Origin: Pristiophorus japonicus
Taxonomy: Eukaryota
NCBI RefSeq assembly: GCF_044704955.1
Contig: NC_091984.1
Coordinates: 136,524,001-136,588,000, forward strand
Direction: 5' to 3'
Length of the DNA: 64,000 bases
Notes under the pieces: generated by a model
What the model saw: the letters and a program-made list of their open reading frames with translations, nothing else
What the model was told of the DNA's origin: nothing
Database searches by the model: none
Translations under genes and position numbers: made by a program
Shown: positions 38,455-51,705 of the stretch, piece by piece
Numbering within the stretch: position 1 is the first letter of the stretch
How the letters are laid out: every line of letters starts with the position of its first letter

Positions 38455-39869
38455 CATCATTACTATCGGCAGTCCCTCGGAATCAAGGAAGACTCGCTTC
38501 CATTCTAAAAATGAGTCCTTAGGTGGCTGAGCAGTCCAATACATGAACCACAGTCCCTGTCACAGATGGGACAGATAGTCGTTGAGGGAAGTGGTGGGTG
38601 GGACAGATTTGCCGCACGCTCTTTCCGCTGCCTGCGTTTGACTTCTGCATGCTCTTGGCGATAAGACTCGAGGTGCTCAGCGCTCTCCCGAATGCACTTC
38701 CTCCACTTAAGGTGGTCTTTGGCCAGGGACTCCCAGGTGTCGGTGGGGATGTTGCACTTTATCAGGGAGGCTTTGAGGGTGTCCTTGTAATGTTTGCCCA
38801 CCTTTGGCTTGTTGCCGTGAAGGAGTTCCGAGTAGAGCACTTGCTTTGGGAGTCTTGTGTCTGGCATGCAAACAGTGTGACCTGCCTAGCAGAGCTGATC
38901 AAGTATGGTCAGTGCTTCAATGCTGGGAATGTTGGCCTGGTCGAGCATGCTAACATTGATATGTCTGTCCTCCCAGGGGATTTGTAGGATCTTGCAGAGT
39001 TATCGTTGGTGGTATTTCTCCAGCGATTTGAGGTGTCTACTGTACATGGTCCATTTCTCTGAGCCATACAGGAGGGCAGGTATTACTGTAGCCCGGTAGA
39101 CCATGAGCTTGGTGGCAGATTTGAGGGCTTGGTCTTCAAACATTCTTTTCCTCAGGCGGCCGAAGACTGCACTGGAGGCGATGTTGGATCTCATCGTCAA
39201 AGTCTGCTCTTGTCGATAAGAGGCTCCCGAGGTATGGGAAATGGTGCACGTTGTTCAGGGCCGTGCCGTAGATCTTGATGACTGGGGCAGTGTGGTGTGG
39301 CGAGGGCAGGCTGGTGGAGGACCTTTGTCTTACGGATGGTTCGAGTAAGACCCATGCTTTCATACGCTTCAGTAAATACGTTGACTCTGTCCTGGAGTTC
39401 AGCCTCTGTTTGTGCGCAGACGCAGGCGTCGTCCGCGTACTGTTGCTCAACGGCAGATGTTGGGGTGGTCTTGGACCTGGCCTGGAGACGACGAAGGTTG
39501 AACAGGTTCCCACTGGTTCTGTAATTTAGTCCCATTCCAGCGGGGAGTTTGTTGACTGAGGTAGAGCATGGCAGCGAGGAAGATTGAGAAGAGGGTTGAG
39601 GCGATGACGCAGCCCTGTTTGACCCCAGTCTGGACGTGGATTGGGTCTGTAATGGATCCCTTGGTAAGGATCACAGCCTGCATGTCGTCATGGAGCAGGC
39701 GGAGGATGGTGACGAACTTTTGGTGGCATCCGAAGCGGAGGAGGACGCTCCATCGACCCTCGTGGTTGACAGTGTCAAAGGCCTTTGTTAGGTCGAAGAA
39801 GGCCATGTATAAGGGCTGGTGTTGTTCCCTGCATTTTTCCTGCAGCTTTCGCGCTGTAAATTGAAGATG
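38455..39869 (-). mobile_element. 5'-truncated RTE LINE with 13-bp TSD
   Basis: Motifs FFDLTKAFDTV, GVKQGCVI, QYADD and a C-terminal CPICDRDC...HLRTH. The TSD ctcgggtgccagt is at 38442-38454 and 39870-39882. Confidence 0.95.
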
Positions 39870-39993
39870 CTCGGGTGCCAGTAGCCTTCTGGTAACTCGC
39901 CCAAGAGGCCCTTTTTCATAGACGAGCCCAGACAATGAGTCTTGGCAGGTTGATTAAACTGTGGGACATCATGGCTTAACTCGATGCTCTTCT

Positions 39994-40560
39994 CATAGAA
40001 ACATAGAAACATAGAAAATAGGTGCAGGAGCAGGCCATTCAGCCCTTCTAGCCTGCACCGCCATTCAATGAGTTCATGGCTGAACATGAAACTTCAGTAC
40101 CCCCTTCCTGCTTTCTCGCCATAACCCTTGATCCCCCGAGTAGTAAGGACTTCATCTAACTCCCTTTTGAATATATTTAGTGAATTGGCCTCAACTACTT
40201 TCTGTGGTAGAGAATTCCACAGGTTCACCACTCTCTGGGTGAAGAAGTTTCTCCTCATCTCGGTCCTAAATGGCTTACCCCTTATCCTCAGACTGTGACC
40301 CCTGGTTCTGGACTTCCCCAACATTGGGAACATTCTTTCTGCATCTAACCTGTCTAAACCCGTCAGAATTTTAAACGTTTCTATGAGGTCCCCTCTCATT
40401 CTTCTGAACTCCAGTGAATACAATCCCAATTGATCCAATCTTTCTTGATAGGTCAGTCCCGCCATCCCGGGAATCAGTCTGGTGAACCTTCGCTGCACTC
40501 CCTCAATAGCAAGAATGTCCTTCCTCAAGTTAGGAGACCAAAACTGTACACAATACTCCA
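39994..40560 (-). mobile_element. 5'-truncated young CR1
   Basis: ORF 40094-40561 is an uninterrupted ORF2 C-terminus with a (catagaaa)n tail, nearly identical to 31363-31920. Confidence 0.96.
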
Positions 40561-40994
40561 ATACGTATACACTTTCTTGCAGGTGTTGCTAGATAAAGAA
40601 TTTTTTTTGGACATTTCTTCAAGGTCAATTTTTCCACTCTCCTTCCCTCAAATCATCATGGTAGTCGGTCTTTATTAGGCCTTTGGCACTTGTAAGATTG
40701 TCACCATTGTGGGAAGGGATAGAATCTGAAGAAAAGTCAGCAACATCTTTAATTCTATGATATCATGCACGAGCAAATAATGACATCTTTGGAATGCAAA
40801 TACAGATGGAAAGCAACACTAGCTTTTCAACTCTGATGAGCTAAAGCCAATTAAGTCATTTCCATTCAGTATTAAAATAATTTTCTCTTTACAGTAGCTG
40901 CTGTCACCTTTTCTCTCCTATGGGCAAAGCATTCTTGGCTCATTTATTTAGCAAATTGCCATGACATTTGTTTGGAACTGAAAAATAAAGATCT

Positions 40995-41046
40995 ATAAGA
41001 AATAGGAGCAGGAGTAGGCCATTTGGCGCCTCAGCCTGCTCCGCCA
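40995..41046 (-). mobile_element. CR1 3' tip (~52 nt)
   Basis: ataagaaataggagcaggagtaggccatttggcgcctcagcctgctccgcca. Confidence 0.85.
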
Positions 41047-41057
41047 AAGTTATAACC

Positions 41058-41101
41058 TGCATCGGTCGAGAATCGAACTTGGGTCTCCTGCGTGGCAGGC
41101 G
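41058..41101 (-). pseudogene. tRNA-Gly(GCC) 3' half (anticodon arm to discriminator)
   Basis: Minus strand CGCCTGCCACGCAGGAGACCCAAGTTCGATTCTCGACCGATGCA matches the vertebrate tRNA-Gly-GCC 3' part (recalled sequence) at 37/44 positions. The anticodon GCC and T-loop GTTCGATTC are retained. There is no D arm and no CCA. Confidence 0.85.
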
Positions 41102-41729
41102 TGTGCCAAGCATCTATGCCAAGACCGTCTGCAGGAAACTACCAAAATGGAAAATACCTTGAGAAAGCAGCCTCATAACTATGCACTGTCGTATAGTTGA
41201 AAGTGAAATTCAGTCGATGGCGTTTTCGCAGGGCGAGTATTGCTGACCTTTAAATTGTAAGCAGGAAATCCCATCAGTCGTGAGTACCGAATGCTTTGAC
41301 TGAGGCATAATGGATGCTGATAGCATAATTGATATTGCAAGAAATGTATTAAAAGCTGTTGCTTCACTACTGTTCATTTTGAATATCCCTGTGCATAGCT
41401 GATTTTTGATTTGCATCATGAAGATGCAGATCTCCAGCTGCCACTGGATACTGCAGTACTAAAATGCTCTAATGCACGTTGGTAGAAAATATTGCAATAT
41501 CTGTATACTATGACAAAGTGGTGAAGGCTGTTGGTTCCACTTCTTTCTCCTTTCCATGGTGCCAAGGCCTCCTGGAAGCCAGTTCAGAGTGGCATTCACC
41601 AAGGCCCAAGATACCTGGAGTGAGATTGTGCCCAGTGTTATATTTACTGTGAGAACTCCTGACCGAATAGTTGGTCTTACCCTAACTGTTCTATTTTCAG
41701 TACTAAGGGTAAACGTTTAGAGAGAGGTT

Positions 41730-41820
41730 CCACCCATGGCTCAGCTGGTTAAGGCAAAATGTTTCTCTGAGCCCTTTAAACCAGGAAGGACTGAGATTGA
41801 ATCCCTGGCCTACGCTCAAA
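41730..41820 (+). mobile_element. tRNA-derived SINE head remnant
   Basis: A-box-like tggctcagctgg (41737) and B-box-like gattgaatccc (~41795). Confidence 0.5.
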
Positions 41821-42239
41821 AAGTTAAAACGTCAAACATATGCTCCCTCCACCCCCACCATGGTATTTGAAGGATGAGAAATTGGCCAGGATCCTTGCTC
41901 ACTGCTTTCCAATTACTCTTGCTGTAAATGTTTGTGCATGGCTGTCAGCATTGGGCTTCAATTTGATGTACCTCATAGTACAGCACGAAGTGACTAGGGT
42001 TTCAAAAGAAGAATGTCCACTTGGGTGACATAGTGGAGAGTGACCAGCATCCGTGGAACTGTGAGCCAGCATGGAGATGATGCCATCAGGAGAAAAGTAA
42101 TAGTGGGGTGAGACTGTTGGCGGAAGGACCAATGATTGGTGGTGGGGCGGGCGGGGCGGGGGTTAGTGGGGGAAGAAGTTTTTAGAGCGGATTAAGAAGA
42201 GCAAAATACATTTTGCGTGTCTTGTTACTTCCCAAACAT

Positions 42240-42570
42240 TTAGTGTGTGAAGACACAGTCTGGTGTGGTACGAGGTCAGAAAGATCTTTGGTTCCTTCTT
42301 TGGTCTGCGTTAAGTTATCACTTTGTGAAGTAGCCAGAGTACCTCTTGACACACAGTGAAAAGCAGCCAGAGCTCCTATTTCTAATCTAGTTCACTGTTG
42401 GATCGTCTCTGCACGACTGAACGTCGGGTGAAGACAGAACCATACTCACTACGGTGTCTCCCATGAACAAATAGTGTGCGGCCACTAATTGTTTAGGCTC
42501 AAACGTGAAAACTATTTACTTGAATGAATGGGCAGCTTCAGGAGAGCAGGGGCAAAACATTGGGGAAAAA
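42240..42570 (+). mobile_element. Ancient SINE-like repeat
   Basis: Degenerate reverse complement of the repeat at 29495, 43050 and 46410. Confidence 0.45.
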
Positions 42571-43049
42571 ATTTGAGACTTCCTGCATTGTTCCTCCTGT
42601 TCCAAAAAGTTGCAATGGATCAGGGTACAGATTGCTTGCAAACAATGGCCATTTTAAATTATTTATATTGGAACCCATTTATAGATTTGCAAACACAAAA
42701 CATCTGTTTAAATATATGGGGAAAATATTATGCCAGCTAACGCATACCAGAATTCTTTTTTAATGAAGTATTATTCGTGGGTTTTTCCAGAGGTCTGGGA
42801 GCAGGCTGCTTCCTCCTTACACAAGGAACTGAATACTGGGGTGGGCTGTTTCTATTAACTTTCCTTGATAAATATCAATAATTAACATTCCTTGTAAATA
42901 ATGCAATGCTTTTTTGGTTTATGGTAAAGCAAGTACAAGGAATAGACAGTTATTTAACAGTAAAACATTAACTTCATTTGTAAACCGCTGTGCTGAAATA
43001 GCAAAAGCTAACCCGAACGTGGCTGTTTTGAGCTAGCTTTTCTTTGAAG

Positions 43050-43390
43050 TTTTTTTTCTTCTGCTATTTTTGTCTCCTTTCCTATCCACTCTTAAAGATT
43101 GCAAGTCCTACATTTCCACAGGAAGCAGCTCCATGTACCTTACCCAAGTGATAATTCTTCATATGTGAGCCTGGTCAGTGAATGTCAATAGACTATTTCA
43201 TGATGCACATTGCAACCAATCATATTCCTGCGCATTCTAGAGTGATCAGAGGTAGATATGCTAACACCCAGCTAGCACCCTGATGGAGATCGGCTCGATC
43301 GTCACAGAACAGGGCTTAAACCCAGTACCTTCCTTGTATGTATGGCTCCAGATCACATCATGTCATCTATTTACCCACTGAACTCTCAGG
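43050..43390 (-). mobile_element. Ancient SINE-like repeat
   Basis: cccaagtgataattcttcatatgtgagcctggtcagtgaatg core plus a tRNA-like end. Confidence 0.5.
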
Positions 43391-43507
43391 TCACTGAGTT
43401 TAGAATGCCTTCCTATATATTGGGTCCAATTTCAACACTAGACTTTCTAAGCTCCATCAGTCGATGTGGATCCCAGTGTTTGATTCGGTAGGTTTTTAAA
43501 ATGACTT

Positions 43508-43680
43508 TTCTGCCTCTGCACCTCTTTATCTTCCTTTAAGACATTACTTAAAACCCATCACTTTGACTAAGCTTTTAGTCACCCGTCCTAAAGTCTCCTT
43601 TGCTTCTGGGTCAATTTCTTGTCTGATTATGCTCCTATGGTCATTTTATTATATTAAAGATGCTATATAAATGCAAATTA
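43508..43680 (+). mobile_element. L2 3'-end fragment
   Basis: ttcctttaagac...ctttgactaagctttt...gctatataaatgcaa is the reverse complement of the 25912 tail. Confidence 0.7.
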
Positions 43681-44713
43681 CTTAATTTGCAGGACTTCAA
43701 AACTGTTGTAGAATTGCAGAATTTTGCAGTAGGTCATTCAGCCCATTGAGCTTGCATGGGCTCTCGACAAGAATTGTCCATTTAGTCTCTTTTTGTGTAC
43801 CCTTTTACATTTTTCTTTTTGAAGTATTTATTTACGACTTTAAGAAATTCAGCATATTAAATTGTTGTAATAGAAATAAATGGTGTGTCTTGCCCTCATT
43901 TATGGTAATTATCTTCTTTAATACTACATTTGCAAAGCTAGTAGAGAGAATTTTTAGGTTCCAGCAAATATTAACTCGCCAAATTAAAGCATGGTGAAAT
44001 AACCAAAATTCCCATATCTTACAAAATGTAAATGTGCCAGATTTTTCATTTGCTTTTGACTTGCCTTGCATCAGTCTACTTTGTTAAAACACAATTTGTG
44101 ACCATTATCTCAAATCGTTACATAGCAGATCCAAAATTAATTTTCAGATTTAAACAATGTATTCTGTGCACCATCTCAATTGTACATTTTGATCTGAAGA
44201 CATTGCTGTATTTGTCAAAACGTTGTCACCAAGTAAATGAGAAAATTCTTGCAAGTGTTGAATATTTGTTTTATTCATTTTCTCCTATTTTGCATTTAAA
44301 TTTCCATGTACCACCCATGGCTCCATAGTGTGGGCTACCTGCGACCAGGGTTCTGCTCGTGCAAGACTGACGGTGTGCGAGAGTGGCTCAAATTTTCCTG
44401 CACTCACTCCAAGATGTGGCTGAGATCAGGAACTCGACGCTGTAGGGATTTCAGGCACGAAATGTAATGTGCTTGAGCAGCAGAATGGTGCACTAATTAT
44501 AAATCCGCCATGCTGTCTTGCCTCCATACTTCATTGACTATGAAGTGCAGGATAATTGGAAGTGAGTTTCAAAGGTATAATACAGTTATATGGAGAGACT
44601 CTGGAGTGACTTATGGACCGTGAGATTGTCTTAAAATTGCTTTTGTGTACGTACAATGAAACTGGTCTATGGCCACCCACAGGATTCGCTGTAATACACG
44701 GATCAGTATTGTT

Positions 44714-45140
44714 TTGGCTCACTTGGTCGCACTCTTACTTCGGAGTCTGAAGGTTATGGGTTCAAGTCTCATTCCAGGATTTCAGCACAGAACCTAGGCT
44801 GGCACTTTTGTGCAGTACTGAGTGAGTGCTGCATTGTCACACATGCTGTTTATTTGGATGAGAATGTTAAACTGGGCCCCTGTTTGCTTGATCATGTGGC
44901 ACTATTTGAAGAAGAACAGGGAATTTCTGTCTGGCCAACCTCCTTTCCTCAACCAGCATCACCAATAACTGAGAAACTAGTTGTTCATCATCCGATGTCC
45001 TGCTTGTGCAAATTTGCATGCAAATTGGCTGCTATATTTGCCTACCTAATAAAGGATTACACTTCAAAGAATAACTAATGGGATATGAAATACTTTTGGG
45101 TGTTGTGGACAGAAGTGAGAGATACGTGCAAGTTTTTTTT
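44714..45140 (+). mobile_element. tRNA-derived Deu-type SINE (SacSINE1-like) with L2-like tail
   Basis: A box tggctcacttgg and B box ggttcaagtc, a central gtgcagtactgagtgagtgctgcattgtc, and a Deu-like caaattggctgc...acacttcaaag segment. Confidence 0.75.
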
Positions 45141-45175
45141 AAACTTCAGTAGAAACAGTACCTGTGAAGCACTAT

Positions 45176-46293
45176 GGGCTCAAGTTTCACACCCGCACTA
45201 GAACGGTGCACATCGGAGAGGCCCGCCAAATTTGTAGAACTGAAAAAGCGCCGAATACTTACCTCACGATGCTCCCATATCTGTAGTGCTGTTTCCAGCT
45301 CAGCACGCGCAGCAGGAGCTTCTGGGAGTGGAGCTGCAGCCCTGCGCAAAAAACAGTGCCGACAGCTGCGCGCCCTGTCTCCGGGCGATGACCCTATCCC
45401 TGGCCGAAGGGACGTCTCACCCTATCCCGGGCCGAGTGGCCTGACAGTACTTACCTCTTCGGCGGCGACCCGCCCGGCATCTCTTGGGGGCAGGCCCCGC
45501 CCAAACTCTTCGGCGGCAGGGCCCGCCCGAAGTCCTGGGCAGCAGTCTGTCGGCTGGGAGCGGGCCCCGCCCTAAGTCCTCGGCGGCGGGGCCTGCCGCA
45601 AGTCCTGGGCGTGAGTCCATCTTCTGGTCGGCGGTGGGGCCCCGCCCAAAGTCCTGGTCGTCGGCGGGGCCCCGCCCAAAGTCCTGGTCGTCGGCGGGGC
45701 CCCGCCCAAAGTCCTGGTTGGCTGTGGCCCGCCCAACCGGCATTTCCTGGGGTGGGGGGGCCGTTCCAGCACGCTGTTGGAGGGCTCCTGGTGCTGCAGT
45801 AAGTGAGTAGAAACTTTAAATTTTTTATTGATTTTTTAAAAAAATTATTTTTTACCTTTTGATTTTTTTTTGGATTTATTTATTGGTTGGTTTATTGATT
45901 TATTGATAATTTATTATTGATGATGGCTCTTTATTTGTAAAAGTTAAGTGTTTAATGCTTGTAAACTTCCCTTCTCCCCCCCCCCCCCCCCATCACCATT
46001 TTTCGTTCCCTTCGCCTAATTTCTAAAGCGTCGGCAAGGTTTTTCTGTGCGTACAAAAATCTACACTTCGTCTATTCTAAGTTAGTTTGGAGTAAGTTTT
46101 CGCTGCCGAAACTTGCAAAACAGGCGTAAGTGGCTGGTAACGCCCCCTTTTGGAAAAAAACTTCTAAAACGAAACTATTCTAACTCGCTAGAATTGGAGC
46201 AAACTAAATGCCGAGAATTGCAATTTCTAAGATACATTCTAAGCTAGTTGCTCCAAAAAAAAATAGGAGCATATCAGGCCGAAACTTGGGCCC
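45176..46293 (+). mobile_element. Harbinger-like MITE, family 1 variant
   Basis: TIRs gggctcaagtttc / gaaacttgggccc, flanks TAT/AAT. It contains internal 30-bp tandem repeats ggggccccgcccaaagtcctggtcgtcggc (~45635-45720). Confidence 0.9.
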
Positions 46294-46409
46294 AATGTAT
46301 TGTACTGAAAAATATTGGGGAGAGTGGGAATGTTCATACTCCTGAAGCACAATATGTTAGTACTTTTTGCACACATTAAACTGTAACTAGACTACATGAA
46401 CTGAAAAAA

Positions 46410-47385
46410 AATTCCAAACTTTTGCCCCTCTCAAATTCCCTGCCTCCTCTCGTCCTCCCAGCGATGTTAACTCATCCTGGTCCATGGTTCCTTGGTGCTG
46501 GCTGCCCTCCAGTGACTCACCCAAATGGCCATTCTTCATGTGTGAGTTTGGCCAAGTAATTGTTACGCAGGTTATTTGACTCTGGCAGGTGTCCCAGTAA
46601 GTCAAATGTCACCCTTGTCTAATGTTCATTTGCTGCACTTTCCAGTATGAGTCTTGAATAGGTATCAGGAGATGAAATCTTGCGTGGTTTTTTTCCCCCC
46701 GGCTCTCACAATCGACACGTGAAGTTAATTGTGGAGCATCAACTGCTGCCCTGGCTGAGATCAGCTCACTGAACACAGATTGGAAATTAACCGTGTGGCT
46801 TTTCTGTTTTATCCACACGTTGCCTTCACCAACCAAAGTATTCGGGGAGCGAAAATCAGTTTGTTTTCAAATAAATCATGTGCGCAGCAGAGTCAAGGGT
46901 TCAACCTGTTTCTTCCACTGCTGCAGCACAGTCTCATTGTTGATCATTATTTAAATTCTCTTTTCTTCTCTCTTTCTCCCCCCTCCCCACCCTGTTTCCT
47001 CCACCCTTTACTCCCATTCATTTTTGAAGGTGTTAATTCACACCCGGGTACAGACTATGTTTGCCAGCTGATCACCAGTGCCTTATTTGTGGTCATTCTT
47101 GATGCTTGATTTTCGGGGCTTTATATCCAAATCTGATGCTGCCATCACTTGATGTCCATGCACACATACTTAAAAATATGGGTGACAGGATAGAAATCAG
47201 GAGCATGGACCCCCTTAATATTATTTCTCTCTCGAGCTCAGTGAGATTAAGACCAATTGTGTCCAATGCTGCCCCAACTGAGACTGACAAATTGAACGGA
47301 GAAATTGAACGAATTAAATTTGAAGCCTTGCTGGTCTTTGTATGGTTTACCACCACTTCATATTGCACAGTTAGTAACTAACCAT
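46410..47385 (-). mobile_element. Two adjacent ancient SINE-like repeats (46410-46830, 46960-47385)
   Basis: Each has the (g/t)gccattcttca-like core and a degenerate tRNA-like head. Confidence 0.5.
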
Positions 47386-47659
47386 TAGGGAAGACTAATA
47401 ATTTGGTTTTCAGAACAACTTGTAAGGACAATCTTTTTCGCCTCTATTCTGTCATGTACAGTAATTCTTGCAGACAATGTGGACGACTGATACTTGGAGT
47501 ACCCCTCCATGGGAAAATTAGCTAATGCTGTAATAATTAAAACATTTTTAAAGCAGCTGTATGAATATGCCTTCATGATGGGATTGAAATTGAGCTAAGC
47601 ATCGGCATGATCAAATACACTTGTAGAACATGCATTCTGTTGGGAGTCTTGGAAACTTA

Positions 47660-47915
47660 TAACAACAAAAATAACTTTGTCTTTACTAGCACTTTTAATA
47701 TAGTAAAACATCTCAAGGTGCCTCAAGGAGTATTATAAGACGCAGAATTTGACACCAAGCCACACAAGGAGAAATTAGGGCAGGTAATCAAAAGCTTGGT
47801 CAAAGAGGTAGGTTTTAAGGAGCATTTTCAAGGAGGAAAAGAGAGGTTTAAGCAGGGAATTCCAGAGCTTGGGGCCGAGGCAATAGAAGGCACGACCACC
47901 AATGGTTAAGTGATT
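47660..47915 (-). mobile_element. L2 3'-end fragment
   Basis: caaaagcttggtcaaagaggtaggttttaaggagc...gaattccagagcttggggcc. Confidence 0.8.
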
Positions 47916-50900
47916 ATGGAATGGAATTTATTTTTCATTTCTTTGGTAGTTGATGAGAAACATTCTCCGTTTTTAGCTGTGGTGATTCACTACACTCATT
48001 GGGAGCAAGTTGGGAAGAGTTAATAACTGGGGAGATGCACAAGGGTATGTTGGAGCCAGCAAGTCGAGTGGGATATCTGATCTCTTCTGCTATGTAGATT
48101 AGTTTATATAATTCTATTAAGTGACTTCATCACTTGAGTGAATTTTTAAATTAAATGATCTCTTGTTGAGATGAAACTTTGGTTATTTTGGCAGTTCCAT
48201 GAAGCGAGCAAGCCCAGTTTTGGATCAGTAGTGGATATGTACAGGTTGTTCTCAGTGTACAGTATACATTAAAAAATATTTTATAAGTTGAAGCTCCCAT
48301 TTGTTTTTTCTGGGGAGAGGAGGTGGGGTGGAGGAGGCATTTTAACACTACTCGCTCAGCAGAAACCTGGTGGATGGGCAGTTAAAATCGCCCTGGCTGT
48401 TGGCTGTTAGCTGTTCGAAAGCCGCCATGATCACAATGTTTGCAATCTTAACCTGCTCTCCTGAGTCGGCAGCAAGGACACGTGCCCAGAACCAACGGGG
48501 TCCTTCATCACTGATGACATAATTAAGACTTGACTGTAATTTTAACTCTGGCCTGAGCGGGGAATCCACTGGAGTTAAAAGCAATGTTGAATTTGGAAAC
48601 CTTTTTTAGTTGCATTCAGAAAATATGTCTACCATTTTTTTTTAAATAGCTGCGAAACTTGAGTGTACAATATTTTTGAAAACTTTGTTTGAAGATTCAC
48701 ACCTGCTGCAAATCTTGGTGCTTAATAAATACAATGTTATGGAGTGTATTCTTCAATTTGAAATTACTGTTGTTCCACATTAACTTCATATAAATCATGC
48801 ATACCTTTAACTGTATTTTCAGCCTGCTGAGATATGATTCTTGCACAGAATGTACTGTAAGAATGGCCCCAGTCTTGTGTTTCCATCATCAGATAATAAC
48901 GATCGTCACACTGCAGGAAGAAAATGCGCTTAATAATTGGCGTAAAATATATCCCTAGGGAGGGGAGCAAACTTTCTCCACCAGCTACGTTTAAGTATTA
49001 AAATGCTGACCCAACAGTGTTGGCTTTATGCTTCTTTCGTGATAACAAGCAGGGCTTTTGCAAATCTGGAAGAAAACCTGTGCAGATGTTGGGAGTTCAG
49101 CAACGTGTTGTACAGTTAGGGTTATGAATGTGTGCCAGTGAACTAGTGCCAGACATGGACAGTCTTGTGTGAGCTTTTGTCTGTTAAGAGCTGACCTGAG
49201 TCAGACAGAGAATGTTTAGTATTGGACTTTGAAGCAGGAACGGAAGTCTCCATCTGTCCAGGACAGATTTGAGCTTAAATAACATTGCTGAATCAAAGTT
49301 TAAAAAGCCAATAAACTTAAGTTGTAAAGGTACAGTTTTTGTAAGAGTTTTTGACTACCCTTTCTTTATATTATTTTACAAACTTCAAACGCAATACAAG
49401 TTGCCAAACTTGTGCATCATGTCACTGTCAAATATATTGCATAGTTCGTGTGCTTTCCTCCCACAAAAGTGTGCTGAACACTGTCAAGAATATAAATTTC
49501 TTTTTTAAAAGGAGTCTCCTCCTCTTCCCATCAGTTTTTGCTGGTTTAAAAACAAGCAAGTAGGTAATTTGATTGTTTTTATTTTCTTGAACGGATGGAG
49601 CAGGTTTTTGAGACTCTTCCATTTACATATTTTAAGAAAAAGAACGTTCAGGTAATGTCAGGGTAGAACTTGTTGACCCTGGATGTTTCAATGATGGTCT
49701 GTATTTCAGCTCTATATATATTTTTAATTCAATTCCCTTGTGCCATCTGGCTCTAATTGCTTCCGGCCAGATCCCCATGTGTCATATATTGTTTTCTGAA
49801 AGTATTCAAAAACTCAGCAAAAGTCCACTGGAGTTATTTTTGTAATTTTTATTTCTTTAATAAAAAAACAGGACTGATCCATGGTCTCTTATCTTGATGT
49901 TTATTTCGAATAATTTGCCCTGAAATTACGGCCTCTCCAGATGCGTACGATGTGCACATGCGCCCGAAGAGGCCCCACAAGTTACGAGTTGAGATGCGCA
50001 ACGCGCATGTGCATGAATCCGGCACTTCCGATCTGTCAAAATGTATTTGACAGCTCCAATGCATCCCTGGAAGGGCTTTCGCAGGCGGTGATTGGGCAAT
50101 TCGCCCAACTCTTGCCCAGCGAATGTCCTTCAAATACTTACACCTGGTTTAAAAATAAGCGTAAGGTCTGCTTTAACCAGCATAAGAGTTTTAATAGATA
50201 AAATACTGTATTAAAAACCCTGTCTATGAAGGCAAGTATTTTTAACACTACACCTGTATTAAAATATTTAAAAAAAATTTTTTTCGAAAACATTTAATTT
50301 AATGCAATGTCAATTTTTAAAAAGTGAAGTTTTTTAATATTTATTTGTTTTATTTGATTTTAGGGGTATTCTCATTGATAGAAATGAGCTCAGAGCTCCC
50401 ATGACTATGAATGAGAATACCACATCGTGATTGGTCGTCCAGTCCTACACTCCTGGAATATGTGGTCCACTGCGCAGCTCATCATCATCATCATAGGCAG
50501 TCCCTCGAAATCGAGGAAGACTTGCTTCCACTCTGAGTTCTTGGGTGACTGTACAGTCCAATGTGGGGATTATAGTCTCTAAGGTTGGGCAGACAGCGGT
50601 TGAAGCAAAGGGTGGGTGGGAAGCCTGGTTTGCTGCACACTCCTTCTGCTGTCTGTGCTTGGTTTCTACATGCTCTCCACGACGAGACTCGAGGTGCTCA
50701 GCGTCCTCCCGAATGCTCTTCCTCCACTTTGGGCGGTCTTGGGTCAGGGATTCCCAGGTGCCGATGGGGATGTTCCACTTTATCAAGGAGGCTTTGAGGG
50801 CATCCTTGAAGCATTTCCTCTGCCCACCTGGGGCTCGCTTGCCGTGTAGGAGTTCCGAGTAGCGCACTTGCTTAGGGAGTCTCGTGTCAGACATGCAGGC

Positions 50901-51498
50901 GATGTGGCCCGCCCAACGGAGCTGGTCGAGTGTGGTCAGCACTTTGATGCTGGTGATATTAGCCTGGGCGGGAACACTGATGTTGGTGCGTCTATCCTCT
51001 CAGTGGATTTGCAGGATCTTGCGGAGGCAGCGTGTTGGTGGTACTTCAGCGCTTTGAGGTGTCTGTTGTGTATATAGTCCACGTCTCTTGAGCCAGAGAC
51101 GGAGGGTAGGTATCACTATAGCCCTGTAAACGAGGAGCTTGGTGCCAGATTTGACATTCTGGTCTTCAAACACAGTCCTCCTCAGGTGACCGAAGGTTGC
51201 GCTGGCACACTGGAGGCGGTGTTGGATCGAGTCATCGATGTCTGCCCTTGCTGTGATAGTTGGTTCCAGAGGTATGGAAAATGGTCCACATTGTCCAAGG
51301 CGGAGCGTGGATTTTAATGACCGGGGGGCAGTGCTGTCTGACTGGGTCAGGTTGGTGGGTGACCGTTGTCTGATGGATGTTTAGCGTAAGGCCCATGCTT
51401 TCATACGCCTCAGTGAAGGTGTTGACGATGGCTTGGAGTTCAGCCTCTGAGTGTGTGCAGACGGAAGCGTTGTCCGTGCACTGTAGTTCGATGACTGG

Positions 51499-51705
51499 AT
51501 AAGAACGTAAGAAATAGGAATAGGCCATATGGCCCCTCGAGCCTGCTCCGCCACTCAATAAGATCATGGCTGATCTGATCATGGACTTGGCTCCACTTTC
51601 CCGCCCGCTCCCCATAACCCCTTATCCCCTTGTTGTTTAAGAAACTGTCTATTTCTGTCTTAAATTTATTCAATGTCCCAGCTTCCACAGCTCTCTGAGG
51701 CAGCG
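51499..51705 (-). mobile_element. CR1 3' fragment inside the RTE
   Basis: Tail ataagaacgtaagaaatagg...ggcccctcgagcctgctccg. Confidence 0.9.

Noticed and set aside
40832-40852. CTGATGA followed by a GC-TAAA-GC hairpin, hammerhead-like
   Set aside because: It is followed by CAAT rather than GAAA and has no supporting stems.
41058-41101. Functional tRNA-Gly gene
   Set aside because: It lacks the 5' acceptor strand and the D arm/A box and has stem mismatches; reported as a pseudogene fragment instead.
48816-48862. Possible plus-strand micro-exon (ttttcag...ACT/gtaaga), with similar candidates near 57451-57478 and 59169-59190
   Set aside because: Weak splice sites and unrecognised peptides; RNA-seq would be needed.
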